A stretch of 64,000 nucleotides of DNA, from the NCBI GenBank assembly GCA_000004985.1, contig GG738898.1. One strand, given 5' to 3'. Origin of the DNA: Naegleria gruberi. Its lineage: Eukaryota. A model generated the notes under the pieces. It did not search any database, was not told the DNA's origin, and saw only the letters and a list, made by a program, of their open reading frames with translations. Both the position numbers and the translations under genes were made by a program. Shown here in pieces: positions 22,805 through 34,173 of the stretch (position 1 is the stretch's first letter; each line of letters opens with the position of its first letter).

Positions 22805-22869
22805 ACGGGAAGCCTGCCAGGAATATGGCGACAATCCCGCTACAGTCTTTGACTGTATGAACGGTGAAG
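22805..22869 (-). repeat. 65-bp repeat unit, copy B. Inverted partner of 18077..18141.
   Basis: The reverse complement equals copy A except for 5 mismatches. Confidence 0.8.
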
Positions 22870-23300
22870 GCAACGAATCTATTGATTGTTGGTTCAGTAA
22901 GTTTGTTGTTTAGAAAAGCTTGCTTCGTGACCATTTATTTATCACCTTTGAATTTAATCTATTTGGAAAGTGAAACTTGTGGTTGATCAATAAATGATCA
23001 AATTTCGAATTTAAGCGGCCAGTGGTTCAAATAATATTTAGACAATTGGGTATTAAAGCTCAGGGGCTGAACCACCTTAATGGTGAAACAGCCTGGAACC
23101 TGCTTTGAAGGATGTAAATCTTTATCCACAGCAGTTAAAAGAGTCTCCTTAATAGTAAACAACCCAAACAATTTGGATAAGATTGAATTTACAAGTTTTT
23201 CAATAAAGTTCTTTAAATTGGCCAATTTTCTTCACATATTTGTACATTTCCATTTCAATATTGTCAAACGCGGCAGCAATTCACATTTGTTTGGTCCCAT

Positions 23301-24450
23301 CTATTTGAATGAAAATAAAGCATCAGAAAATGGAGAAGCATTCAGTGAAAATGATTTGAGATTTTTGATAAAGTAAATCTCACTCTTTCCAACTTGTTTG
23401 GTGAACTTGTTTCTAAATATTAAGGCATGCCAAGGACCAAGTGAAAATTGTTGATCTTCATATTCTACCTTATGAAAATATCCTACCTTGTCCAAATCAT
23501 CTTTTACAGATCCGTAAAATATAAAATGAGTAGGTGTTCGGAGAGCAGTACAAATACTTCCACATTCAATATCAAGAACTCCTGTTACTTTGACTTCACA
23601 AAAGGTACCTTCTATATCTATAACATCTCCATTTGCACATTGATTGTAATTGTTGAGTCCTCTTGTAAATACCTGTCCGTTTTCTAATAGAACCGCACAA
23701 TGTCCATAACCTGATGAAACCTTCTTGATTCCACTATTAAAGAGTGGAGTAGCAACCTCAACAGTAACTCCAAGTTCATAAGATGCAAATCCATAATGGG
23801 AATCCTGTGTGGCGCCATCCTTAATAATGTAGAATTTGTTATTTTCCAAAACAATAATTTGTAAATCTCTGCAAAAACATGAAAATAGCTTGACTGGTGA
23901 TGGATCATTAATTACAACTTCTTTAGGATCTACATTAAACTGTTTCTTAATAATTTTCCCCTCAGTAGTTTGAACCATTATTATGTTCGACATTAGTCCA
24001 CTTCCAATCACTCTAATTTGTGAAGATCTCAATAAAGAAGCAAGACAGCGATCCAGTCTTGACATCAAACTGATACAATCTTCCATCCATCATTTCAAAC
24101 AATAGTCCATTATTATTCAGCAAGACTACTCTCTTCATCAATCGTGACCAATAAGGTTCTGCTCTAGGTGTCATCTGATTGAACAATACTTCAAAAACAT
24201 ATTTCTTTTCCATGAAAAACCACCTCGATTCACTTCCTTCAAAAAAGTACAATGAATAGGGTTTAGATTCACCACCCGAACAAACCATAGAGAGTGGTAA
24301 TTCATCATGTTCTCCGATCTGATCATCCAAAACCCCAGAAACAAAGGAATCCTTTCGCAATACAATGGAGGGAAATACTTGCGAGTTGTCTACACCACGT
24401 AAATTGGCTCCATGAGCGCCATCACAGTAGAGTTTGTATTTTTCATTCAT
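23301..24450 (-). CDS. RCC1-repeat (beta-propeller) protein. Exons: 24077..24450, 23301..24027.
   Basis: RCC1-like blade YGHCAVLLENGQVFTRGLNNYNQ. Probable ATG at 24450, preceded by an A-tract. The frame change between the two ORFs is resolved by a 49-nt intron (gtatca...attgag). An alternative 19-nt intron was rejected. Confidence 0.55.
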
Positions 24451-24980
24451 TTTTTTAATGACTTGATCAAGTATTAATAGATTATTCAAGTCCTAACTAG
24501 CCGTTACGAATTACAAATTATTAACAAAAATTTAAAAATAACAAACAAGTACATTTTGTTGAAGGAGAAAAGGATTTTGGAAATGATAAAGTACTCTTTC
24601 TATTAATATGGGATGTGGCTTTGAACATTTTTTGATTATGAAGATCTATGTAGGAGTTTTAGGTTGATGTGAATGATGAGAGAAGCACACCCACCTAGTC
24701 ATTTCAAGGACAGAATTTTGCGGCAATGTATGAAGTAACCTCATTCCGGAGTATTATGAAGTAAAGTATTCAACAAACTCTTGTGAATTATTTAATTAAT
24801 TCTCAACAAGTTACAAGGCAGTGAAGAATGATTATCTACAAGTAAAGAGGTTAATAAATTTAATATGAAACGATTTTAAAATCACCAAATTTCGTTCCTT
24901 TGCTGTCGTTCATTAAACAAAAATTAACAATTTATTATTCTGCCAGATTATTGAAAATTAATGGAAACAAGAATTATTTA

Positions 24981-27900
24981 TTAATATTGGTAAAACACAA
25001 CAATAGCTAACAAGAAAGAAATTAAACAAGACAAGTTAACAGCTGGAGCCATACTAATCTTGGTACTAGATATTGGATCTGTCGTAGTAGATTGGATCAA
25101 AACGTAAATTCCGGTGCTTTTGACTGAAGCAGTGACTGTACCATCAGTTCCCAAAACAACTGTGCATCCAACATCTAAAAGATTACTAGTTGTTGGATCA
25201 ATCTTCTTACAAGAGGTAATTGTTCCTGCAACAGATCTACTAGACAAACCCTTTGTTTCAAATACCAAATCAGCAATAACAGAATTGGAGGAAACTGATA
25301 TTACACTTGTATCATTGCTAAGGGAGAATTCCATAGACTTGGTGACAGCATTTGAAATTGCTGTAGAGGAGGCAGTTTTGACAACAAGGTGAACAGACTT
25401 GGTATTGGCTAGTTCTGAGAGAGCAGAAACACCACTCTTGAACATTATTTGATTCTTTCCTGTTGTTGTTTGAACCAAATTGTTCAATGTCACAATATTG
25501 ACCTTTCGTGAAACTGTGGTGACTCCATTAGCTGTTACTGTGGCAGCTGGACCATCAGGAACAGAGTCCTTAGTCTTTAATGTGGCAACACTAGCAAATA
25601 CTTTATCCAAGTTTGCGATATCAGCATTACTGAATACTCTCTTGGTCACACCTTTCTTCACAATGTAATCAAGGAAATTGTTTGCAGTACTGGTTGTGCC
25701 TTCAATAGCAGAATTGGACAAACTGGCAGATGAGCTCTTGACAACTGCTGAAGTCGTCTTGGCCAAATTCTCTACGACCTTAGAAGTCGTAGAATCACTA
25801 ACAAGACCTTTAGCAACAGAAGCAGAAACAGAGGCAGTAAATGACAAACTATTTTCAGCAGAAGCAGACGAAACTGAAGTGACAGCCTCAGCCTTGGCTT
25901 GTTGATTCAAGAAGGCTTCTGTAATTGAGGAAGCAGCTTGTTGAATAGCAGCTTTTTGTTCTTCTGATGGATTATCTATTGAACCAATGACCGACATGAC
26001 AGAGGAAGCAGCTGCCAAGGTAACAGTATCCTTACCAGATGCAATGACTGACAATGCGCTTGTGGCAGCAGCTGCACTTAGTTTAGTAATGGTTACAGTG
26101 GTTTCTGATTCAGAGGCAGCTCCAAGTGAGTCATAAACAACAGCCTTAACTCTCAATGAGGTACCAGAGGCAGGTTGTGGAAGTTGGACCGAGGCACTTT
26201 GTCGTTCACTCTTTTCAGTAAAGGAATTCCATTTAGTGGAAGCAGAATCATAGTAGAAGAATTGGAATTTCAAAGGAGTTTGAGGATCAGACCAACCATT
26301 ACCACACTTCAAATCGAATGAATCACTCAAAGCAACACCAATTTCTGGATAAACTTCAAATGTTCCCTTTGTAGGTGGAGAATTTACAGTGAAGGTCAGA
26401 GAGGCAATACCAGATTTATCTCCATCATCAACAAGGAGTGTAACAACATAGGAAGCACCTGATACAAGGTTAGCACTTGGAATTGTGAGAAGTGATGCCT
26501 TGGATTCGTCACCAGTTTCAGACACCCAGGAGAAACTTGGTGATAATAATTTGTCCAAAGTATTGTATGTGAGATACAAATCCTTTGTTGGATCCACAGT
26601 TGTCAAGTCAACATTTGAAATAATAGAAACTCTAATAATCTTATCCTTGGCACTATCAATTAGAGAAATAGTCAAGGTGGCCTTGGCCTTTCTGGAACCC
26701 TTAGTTGCAACAGCTGTAAATGTGTAAGTACCAGAAGAGAAAGAGGCCCTAAATGTAGAAGCATCTTCAGGACTGCTTGGACAATTTAATCCAGTAGAAT
26801 CCACACAATTTGTGGAGAGAGACAACACATCTTGCGTATTACTAGGATCCTTTACACTGATAGAGAATTCGATTGGGTCATCCTTTGATTGAGTAATATC
26901 TGGAACACTGAAAGAAACCAAGATTGGTTGAGCCTCAGCTGTAACTTTAACAGTGGTAGTTACTGGTTCTGCTACATCAGCAGTGGCCTTAATTACAAAG
27001 AAATAGTCTCCTTCCAAGTTAATATTGGTATAACCAGATCCAAGAATCATCATGTTGTTATTGACAGAAGTTGACAATGATGAAACCTTAGAAACACTTC
27101 CATCAAGGGTAAACGTATAAGTTGTTGAACCAGTGCCATTGTAACACACAGGGAAGGAAATTACAGGAGTAATCAAACCAATTGATCCAATCAAATACTT
27201 GATTGAAAGTCCTTCCTTAACACTGAGTGTTGGTGCAGCCTTGGCAATTACTGTGAAAGAGATAGACTTGAAAGAAGTTAATCCGAATGCACTCGAAACA
27301 GCTACCTGAATTGAGTAGATTCCAGCAGATAGTCCAGCAGTTCTCATATTAATTTTATATCCACTCTTTTGAGAAGAAATGAGGCTGGACAACTTGCTTT
27401 GGTCTTCAGAGGAAGGCCCATTAGTACAAGTCCAAGAGAATGTAAGAGGGCGACGATCCAATGAAACGGAATCAAAAGCGTTCAATGATAATACGTCACA
27501 TTGAGATACTAATGTCTTGTCAGAAGTCAAAGAAGCAGTTGGAGCAATAGCAACAAATTCACCAGCATCAATAGAAACTGCAAGGGTCGAATTATTATCT
27601 CCCATAAGGGAATAGACACTCAATATATTACCAGTAACTATTGAGGCTCCAGCTCCTAAAACAATTTCTAGGGATGATTTTCCATCCATATTACATTGTG
27701 GACCAGAACCAAGCTTATCCAAATTGGAAATTATTTGAGAGCAAGGAACTTGTTTTTTCACAGTGTTGTAAATTTTTGCAGTGATTCTATCTCCATTGGC
27801 ATTGAATTTGAAGGAAGTGGTATCAACCTTATAATTACAAGCGTCACCTCTGAACCCATTCAAACATTTTCCAGGGATACAATTGAAAGCAGGGTCATAA

Positions 27901-30900
27901 TTACCTGTACAATAACATGTACCCGTCTTTGTGCAGGTACCATGTGAATTACAAGTGGTTGCAGCAGAACAAGCAATATCACATTTATCTCCAACAAATC
28001 CACTCTTGCAAGAAGAACAAAATTCTCCATCAAAATTTCCATTACAAACACATTTGAAATTGGAATCACAAGAACCATGAGAGTTACAAGTTTCTGTTGG
28101 TGAACACATTGCAGTTGAGCAAGTTTCTCCTGAATATGCTGGACTGCAGCTAGTGCAGGTATTATTCTTATTATTCCAATTGGCAACACATTCACATGTA
28201 TTTGGAGCAATACATTTTCCTCTAGTGCTTCCACCACAAACATTGCTGTCACTCTTTGGAATACCGTAACAGGAAAAGCTTTGACAAATTGATCCAGAGT
28301 ATCCAGACCTACATGAACAATTATTAGGAGCAGTACATTCACCTCTGCTACCACACACAGAACTATCAGTTGCAGGAGTATTATAACAAACAGGTATGTC
28401 ACACTTGGATCCCATATAACCAGTCTTACAAGATAAACAGAATGTAGAAGGATCAAAATTACCCTTACAAATACATGTATCAGTGGCATTACATGCACCA
28501 CGCAAAGAACATCCTCCCAAAATTTCACTCTTACCATTACATGTTGGATTATCACATTTAGCACCTGTTGAGCCAGATTTACAAATGCAAGTATCTGGGG
28601 CAACACATGAACCCTTTCCAGAACATACAGATGCATCACTATTAGTCTTTGAGAAACATACTGGTTTTTCACAATTAGTTCCATCATAACCAGTTACACA
28701 ACGACAAACATCTTGAGAAATACAAGAACCCTTACCAGAGCAAACATCATAGGCTTTTGCCAATTTTCCAAAGCAAGTAGTGGTGTCTGGAAGATAAAGT
28801 CCATAATGACAACTTGATTCTGGGAAATAGCTACATGACTCATTCTTTGGTAATGACCAGAAAGCACTGGCTTGGTCGTACATTACTTCACAGGCAGCTC
28901 TACAGAATGGAACAGAATTGGCTGTGGTGTTTTTGCACGACATGAAAGTTCTGTAACATGCATTTCTTTTGATATGAATCAAACAATCGGCAGTAACGCA
29001 GTTAGGATTGTACAATGATCCCATTTGGAATGTTGAATTAGCTTGAGCATCCAATTTAGCAAGATTTGCAGCAAGGAAAATAGAGGCTTCACCTGCACTC
29101 TTTGCTCCTGACATTAAATTCAAATTGTACAATGGTAAAATGACGTCAGCAGCATAACAGAATGGAGTAGAAGAGGAAGACATTTCATTGATACAAGCTG
29201 GAGTAAGTGAGAAGGAGGTCTTTTCACAATTGTTACCTTCATATCCAGAATCACATATGCATCTTCCATTCTTACAAGTACCGTGGTCAGAACAGGAAAC
29301 ATCATAGCATTGATCAACATAATTAATCTCTGATGAGCAACCCTCATTGTCATTCAAAGAACCACACAAAGTTTCCAGAGAGTTATTTCCAACTAAATAA
29401 GGCATCAACATAGTTTCGCATGCACTTTTACAGATTGGATTGTATACTCCTTTAACAAGTTCAGTAACCCAAGAGCACATTGGGAAATGTGAATAGCAAG
29501 AATATCTCTTGTAGACCAGACGACAAGCTTCTGTGGTACATGCAATCATGAGTTGTTCGGCCATTGTACGAGATGACTGATCCAAAACTTTGAGAGCAGC
29601 AATTCTGACCTGTGGTACTGCAACCTCACCTGTATAATTTGCTAACAGATTATATCCGTCTTGTGACAAGTACTGCATTATATAGTGTTCAACACCAGCA
29701 GCTACACAAAAAGGTGTGTTTGCGGCTTGCATGCCAGTGTAACAAGTGACAGCAGCATATTTTGAACAGGTTGGACCATAATAAAAGTAATCTGGTGTGG
29801 ACTGACAAATACATTTTCCGGCAAGACAAGTTCCATTAACACATTGGTTATTACATGAATCTGTTTCAGTGTCATTTACAATCACCAAGTCTTGGCACAT
29901 AGTCCCAGTGTATCCTGTGTCACAAGAGCATTTTCCTTCCAAACAAGTTCCATTATAACATTTTATGCTAAAACAAAGATCTGTTTGATTTTTGACTACA
30001 TCTGATTGATCACACAATGTTCCAATGTAACCAGAGTCACAATTACAAACACCCTCAATACATTTTCCATGTACACATACAATATCTTTACACTTATTTT
30101 GAGTGGAGGTGTTGTTTGTGCTTGTATCATTTGATGGAATAGTATTATTATTGGAACTTGGGAGAGTTGAATTTGAGGTTGTCGAATTTGAGGAACTATC
30201 AGGACTGGTTCCATTGTAAGTTTGAGTACTGTTACTTGTACTATTATAATCAGTAATATTAGAGGAGTTTGGGCTTGTTGGATCCCTGCTTGTGTTGTTT
30301 GTGGCTGTGTCATTGGATAATGTAGTATTTTTTCCATGGGAGCTATCAAAACTAGTTCCATTATTTCCTTGAGTATTGTTGCTACTAGTACTATTGTGGT
30401 TAGTAATATTAGTGGAGCTTGGACTTGATGGATCAATATTCGTGTTGTTAGTAGTTGTTGTGTTATTGGATAAAGTGGTATTACTTGTATTGGTTGTGTT
30501 GCTGGTTGTTGAAGCATTGGCAACTGTGTCAGTATTGACAGAAGGTTCTAAAAGTTTCAATTCACAGAAAGTTCCATTATATCCCTGTCCACAAACGCAA
30601 ACGTTATCAGTGGTACAATTACCATGAGAGTTACAAACAAAAGAATCATAGGAACGTGTTCCATTACATACATAATAACTTGATGAACAATCGCTTCCAT
30701 AGAAAGATGCCTTACATGAGCAACCAGAAAAAGTGCAATTACCATTTCCTGAACAAGCAAGTTTTGATGATTGGGGAATGTCATTACAAATAGCTTCATT
30801 TTCACAAAAAGTTCCATTGTAACCAGCTTTGCATAAACATTGATTAAGGCCTATACATTGACCATTTCCAGAACAAACATTGTCCTCTGTTTCCAACAAT

Positions 30901-32426
30901 CCATTACAAACATAGTGAGTGAATTGACATTCTTGTCCATATGCCAATGTAGTTCGTGGTTCTGATGAAGTACCAATTGAGAAGACAACTGCTCCCTTAG
31001 AGTTATAAATCCTAAAAGTACCATCATTTCCAAAGTTAAACATTGGTGGGGTGTTTGCACCCACACCATGACAAAAATCGTTTTCAAGGTTCAAAATACT
31101 ACTATCGAAAGTGGTAGTGAAGAAATAGCCTTCACGTGTTATCCAAAAATATTCAATGGGAGTAAACTCCCCTTCTAAAATTCTCCACAATTCCTTTCCA
31201 CCACATTTAGAGACAACTCTAGTGCTGGTGTCATTGTTTTCATTAAGATAATACTCAACACCCAAAGTGCAGTTACCATTTGATGATGTAAGGTATAGAT
31301 TTGTATTGCTATCAAAATTAATATGATGGTCTCCATTCGCAACAATCATTTGATCATTTGTGCAACTACATAAAGAACTATTGAGACAAGAACCACGATA
31401 GTGGCATGACTTGGCACTTTCACAAACAAAGTCATATATTTCACAATTCGAACCAGTGTAGCTCAAATTGATACAATCACACGTGTCATCAGCAGTACAT
31501 TTTCCAGCGCCACTACAAACATTCGGATCGGATTCAGAAACATTGAAACATGAAAAATGGCAATCAGGATAGTGACCTCCAGTACAAGTACAATTATTCG
31601 TTGCAACACAAGTGCCTTTTCCATTGCATACCTTAGAATTGCTTGCATCATATCCAAAACAAACATGTTTTGAACAATCAGAGCCTCCCCATACTTCTGG
31701 TGAGTTACATTTACAACCACTTTCTGTACATATTCCTCTTCCATTACAAACAGTTGGATCAGTACTAACAATGTTATCGCAATAATGTAATGGTTCTTCA
31801 CATGTTGTTCCATTAAAATCTTGCCATTGGATGGACGAATCAAAGAATCCTGTTGACCAACATTCCTTACCTGTGGAATCATAGACTGTAAATAAGGCAT
31901 CCTTTCTGAAGAAGGAATAGAATGGAGCAACTCCTTCACATGGAATTGAAGTGTTGCCATCCTTATTGACAAGTGGAGAACAATTATTCACATCCAGCGA
32001 ATTATCATTTGTTAAACCACACACTGCAACGGAGCCATCAGGTTTGAGAGTTAGTAAGTTTTGACCTATTCTTAAATGTTGAGTGTGGATGTTGTTTTCT
32101 TTCACTTTAATCATAACGATTTGATTGTCTGCAGTGATTCTTGAGAGCCAAGAAACACCATCTCTTTCATAGTACATTGGTTCATCACTTTGCAACCAAT
32201 AGTATTGTGCAGTGCCATTAGCTAGCTTTGTATTAGAGTTTGCTCCATATGAAAGAGTAGTAAGGCACCGACAACTATTCCCTTCTGGATTACAGAATCC
32301 TCTTCCGTTACACGATTCTGGTCCGGTACACTTGAATGAAGTACCACCATTCACCAAGCCTACCAACAACAATGAAAGCACTCCAAGGAGAAGTACACCT
32401 TGAATTTTCCCCAATGCGAGAGTCAT
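24981..32426 (-). CDS. Giant (2481 aa) secreted or membrane-anchored EGF/tenascin-like repeat protein with a mucin-like Ser/Thr/Asn tract and a C-terminal hydrophobic anchor
   Basis: Single 7.4-kb exon. N-terminal signal MTLALGKIQGVLLLGVLSLLLVGLVNG. Dozens of Cys-rich EGF-like units (CxCxxGYxGxxC), an NTSNTT... glycosylation-rich linker, a Thr/Ser/Val/Ala-rich C-terminal half, and the terminal hydrophobic LSCLISFLLAIVVFYQY. Confidence 0.8.
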   Translation of the reverse strand: MTLALGKIQGVLLLGVLSLLLVGLVNGGTSFKCTGPESCNGRGFCNPEGNSCRCLTTLSYGANSNTKLANGTAQYYWLQSDEPMYYERDGVSWLSRITADNQIVMIKVKENNIHTQHLRIGQNLLTLKPDGSVAVCGLTNDNSLDVNNCSPLVNKDGNTSIPCEGVAPFYSFFRKDALFTVYDSTGKECWSTGFFDSSIQWQDFNGTTCEEPLHYCDNIVSTDPTVCNGRGICTESGCKCNSPEVWGGSDCSKHVCFGYDASNSKVCNGKGTCVATNNCTCTGGHYPDCHFSCFNVSESDPNVCSGAGKCTADDTCDCINLSYTGSNCEIYDFVCESAKSCHYRGSCLNSSLCSCTNDQMIVANGDHHINFDSNTNLYLTSSNGNCTLGVEYYLNENNDTSTRVVSKCGGKELWRILEGEFTPIEYFWITREGYFFTTTFDSSILNLENDFCHGVGANTPPMFNFGNDGTFRIYNSKGAVVFSIGTSSEPRTTLAYGQECQFTHYVCNGLLETEDNVCSGNGQCIGLNQCLCKAGYNGTFCENEAICNDIPQSSKLACSGNGNCTFSGCSCKASFYGSDCSSSYYVCNGTRSYDSFVCNSHGNCTTDNVCVCGQGYNGTFCELKLLEPSVNTDTVANASTTSNTTNTSNTTLSNNTTTTNNTNIDPSSPSSTNITNHNSTSSNNTQGNNGTSFDSSHGKNTTLSNDTATNNTSRDPTSPNSSNITDYNSTSNSTQTYNGTSPDSSSNSTTSNSTLPSSNNNTIPSNDTSTNNTSTQNKCKDIVCVHGKCIEGVCNCDSGYIGTLCDQSDVVKNQTDLCFSIKCYNGTCLEGKCSCDTGYTGTMCQDLVIVNDTETDSCNNQCVNGTCLAGKCICQSTPDYFYYGPTCSKYAAVTCYTGMQAANTPFCVAAGVEHYIMQYLSQDGYNLLANYTGEVAVPQVRIAALKVLDQSSRTMAEQLMIACTTEACRLVYKRYSCYSHFPMCSWVTELVKGVYNPICKSACETMLMPYLVGNNSLETLCGSLNDNEGCSSEINYVDQCYDVSCSDHGTCKNGRCICDSGYEGNNCEKTSFSLTPACINEMSSSSTPFCYAADVILPLYNLNLMSGAKSAGEASIFLAANLAKLDAQANSTFQMGSLYNPNCVTADCLIHIKRNACYRTFMSCKNTTANSVPFCRAACEVMYDQASAFWSLPKNESCSYFPESSCHYGLYLPDTTTCFGKLAKAYDVCSGKGSCISQDVCRCVTGYDGTNCEKPVCFSKTNSDASVCSGKGSCVAPDTCICKSGSTGAKCDNPTCNGKSEILGGCSLRGACNATDTCICKGNFDPSTFCLSCKTGYMGSKCDIPVCYNTPATDSSVCGSRGECTAPNNCSCRSGYSGSICQSFSCYGIPKSDSNVCGGSTRGKCIAPNTCECVANWNNKNNTCTSCSPAYSGETCSTAMCSPTETCNSHGSCDSNFKCVCNGNFDGEFCSSCKSGFVGDKCDIACSAATTCNSHGTCTKTGTCYCTGNYDPAFNCIPGKCLNGFRGDACNYKVDTTSFKFNANGDRITAKIYNTVKKQVPCSQIISNLDKLGSGPQCNMDGKSSLEIVLGAGASIVTGNILSVYSLMGDNNSTLAVSIDAGEFVAIAPTASLTSDKTLVSQCDVLSLNAFDSVSLDRRPLTFSWTCTNGPSSEDQSKLSSLISSQKSGYKINMRTAGLSAGIYSIQVAVSSAFGLTSFKSISFTVIAKAAPTLSVKEGLSIKYLIGSIGLITPVISFPVCYNGTGSTTYTFTLDGSVSKVSSLSTSVNNNMMILGSGYTNINLEGDYFFVIKATADVAEPVTTTVKVTAEAQPILVSFSVPDITQSKDDPIEFSISVKDPSNTQDVLSLSTNCVDSTGLNCPSSPEDASTFRASFSSGTYTFTAVATKGSRKAKATLTISLIDSAKDKIIRVSIISNVDLTTVDPTKDLYLTYNTLDKLLSPSFSWVSETGDESKASLLTIPSANLVSGASYVVTLLVDDGDKSGIASLTFTVNSPPTKGTFEVYPEIGVALSDSFDLKCGNGWSDPQTPLKFQFFYYDSASTKWNSFTEKSERQSASVQLPQPASGTSLRVKAVVYDSLGAASESETTVTITKLSAAAATSALSVIASGKDTVTLAAASSVMSVIGSIDNPSEEQKAAIQQAASSITEAFLNQQAKAEAVTSVSSASAENSLSFTASVSASVAKGLVSDSTTSKVVENLAKTTSAVVKSSSASLSNSAIEGTTSTANNFLDYIVKKGVTKRVFSNADIANLDKVFASVATLKTKDSVPDGPAATVTANGVTTVSRKVNIVTLNNLVQTTTGKNQIMFKSGVSALSELANTKSVHLVVKTASSTAISNAVTKSMEFSLSNDTSVISVSSNSVIADLVFETKGLSSRSVAGTITSCKKIDPTTSNLLDVGCTVVLGTDGTVTASVKSTGIYVLIQSTTTDPISSTKISMAPAVNLSCLISFLLAIVVFYQY

Positions 32427-32682
32427 GATGAGGCTTTGAGAATTTTTTTAAGGGTATTTTTATAATGCACAAGTTCATTGCATATTGGTGAGAAGCAGAA
32501 TAGATATCCAGTAGTGTGCCAAGAATAGAAAGTTGATCCAAGAAGGAGGATTTTAAACAATTTGCTTAATTCTCTCTGAAAATATAGCAGATCTTGGTTA
32601 TAATCTTTTTGCATGGATAAATTAACCATCAGCTTTCATTGTGTAGAGCTGGTCTGTTCCTTTCGTTTTTCACTTTAAAAAA

Positions 32683-33873
32683 ATGGTGAAACTTGTTTCC
32701 ATTGCCACTTGTTGCTTGATCACTCTCTTTTTCTATCAAGCTGTGGTCAACTGCCAACAATATGTAAGCAAGACAGTTTATTACACCTCTGAAAATTGCA
32801 CAGGAGTTGAATATGCCACTTTCTACGTTGCTTCCCCATCTGTATGTACCTACACAACTCCAGCAGACAAATGTGCCACCCTTCATCAAGCAGACAACAC
32901 TACAATCTATTTCAAATATGAATGTGCTGCAGAGGTTCCAACTGTGGCATTATCAAACACATTCAATGCCTATTTATGGAAGAACACAACTGGAATGTGC
33001 GTTGGTAAACCGAATTCAGTCCAAATCACTCCTATCAATAAGTGTGTGCAAAATTTTGGGTCGAGTTTTTATGTTTTCATTGGAAGTACTGAAATGACAT
33101 ACTATTCTGATAGTCAGTGTACAAAAAAGATGTATTCCCTGTCGTTTGAATTGAACAAGTGTTTGACTGGATATTTCATGCAAATTATTGGAGGAAGTTT
33201 ACCTCAACCTTCTCCAACTCCAAATCCTCCAACTCCAGTTCTACAACAATATGAAAGATTGATGTTTTATAATGGAAGTGTTCAAGGAGGATCTTCTTGC
33301 TTGAATGGAGTTAGTGGTCAAGTTTATAGACCTAGTGTAAATAATTCATGTGAAAGTGTCAATTGTCAAGGTGGTTCAAATGGAATTTACCAAAGAAAGG
33401 ATTGTACAACTTCTATCCCAACTGATCCAGCAACTGGTACTTTTCACATAACTACCTATTCAGATCAATCTCTCTGCACCTTACAGAAATCCTTATTGAA
33501 ACTAGAAGTTTATCCAATTGACTCATGTTCTCCATACTCACCACAGGAGAATAATTCAACAACAGTTTTTCCTCAAATTTATATCAAATCAGATGGATGT
33601 AAAACATTAAGAAAGTTCAATGATTCCTCCTGTTCACAACTCCTTGCACAATTTGACTTGAGTGCTAACTTGAATATTTGTGGTTACGGTGGTGTTAAAT
33701 ACACATGTAAGTCAAATACTGGAGGTGGTGGTGGAGGTGGTGGAAATAATGGAGGAATTACTGGAGGAAATAGCACAAGAGCAAACTCTTCCTCTACTTT
33801 CCATCTAAATTCATTCTTTTCCCTTGCCTTAATTTTATTCGCAACCATGCTTGGAATGCTTTCATCACTGTAG
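32683..33873 (+). CDS. Secreted Cys-rich protein with a poly-Gly tract and a GPI-anchor-like C-terminus
   Basis: Signal MVKLVSIATCCLITLFFYQAVVNC. Two related Cys-patterned modules. GGGGGGGGNNGG followed by hydrophobic FFSLALILFATMLGMLSSL. Confidence 0.65.
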   Translation: MVKLVSIATCCLITLFFYQAVVNCQQYVSKTVYYTSENCTGVEYATFYVASPSVCTYTTPADKCATLHQADNTTIYFKYECAAEVPTVALSNTFNAYLWKNTTGMCVGKPNSVQITPINKCVQNFGSSFYVFIGSTEMTYYSDSQCTKKMYSLSFELNKCLTGYFMQIIGGSLPQPSPTPNPPTPVLQQYERLMFYNGSVQGGSSCLNGVSGQVYRPSVNNSCESVNCQGGSNGIYQRKDCTTSIPTDPATGTFHITTYSDQSLCTLQKSLLKLEVYPIDSCSPYSPQENNSTTVFPQIYIKSDGCKTLRKFNDSSCSQLLAQFDLSANLNICGYGGVKYTCKSNTGGGGGGGGNNGGITGGNSTRANSSSTFHLNSFFSLALILFATMLGMLSSL

Positions 33874-34173
33874 GACATGAAAAGGGTAATACATAAATTC
33901 TAATTGTCTGTACATGCCATTCATTAGCCATAATTTCAAAGATGTCATTTGCCAAAGTCCATTCATTCAATAAAACCACTCTTTGAAATCATTTGGAATG
34001 CTCACTGTAGATGTATCCGTTGTGAATCACATATCCCACCCAAAAATCTTCAATACCTTTATAATAATTTTCCAAGATCTCATCCCAATTCTGAATTGTT
34101 TAACATTTTCACTTCTAGAACGAAGCAATTTCTAGCTAATGAACTTGGAAATTGCAAAGAACTTAAAAAAAAA

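Noticed and set aside
23030-23095. tRNA-like T-loop motif (GTGGTTCAAAT) and small hairpins near the second inverted-repeat copy
   Set aside because: No acceptor/anticodon architecture could be built. It is probably fortuitous.
24028-24076. Alternative 19-nt intron (gtcttg...attgag) to reconcile the two RCC1 ORFs
   Set aside because: It is far shorter than every other intron in the window (39-371 nt). The 49-nt GTATCA...AG solution fits the local size distribution.
25114-31972. Numerous 60-275-aa ORFs on both strands inside the giant EGF-protein gene (e.g. 27860..28687, 29996..30523)
   Set aside because: They are out-of-frame or antisense products of the repetitive Cys/Thr/Ser-rich codons of the 7.4-kb CDS. 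They are highly hydrophobic or low-complexity with no independent support.
33949-34173. Upstream in-frame extension of the UBA-TM gene (ORF open from 33949)
   Set aside because: It lacks an A-tract start context and begins only 76 bp after the neighbouring gene's stop. ATG 34174 with a preceding A10 run is the more plausible start. The extension is left as 5'UTR.
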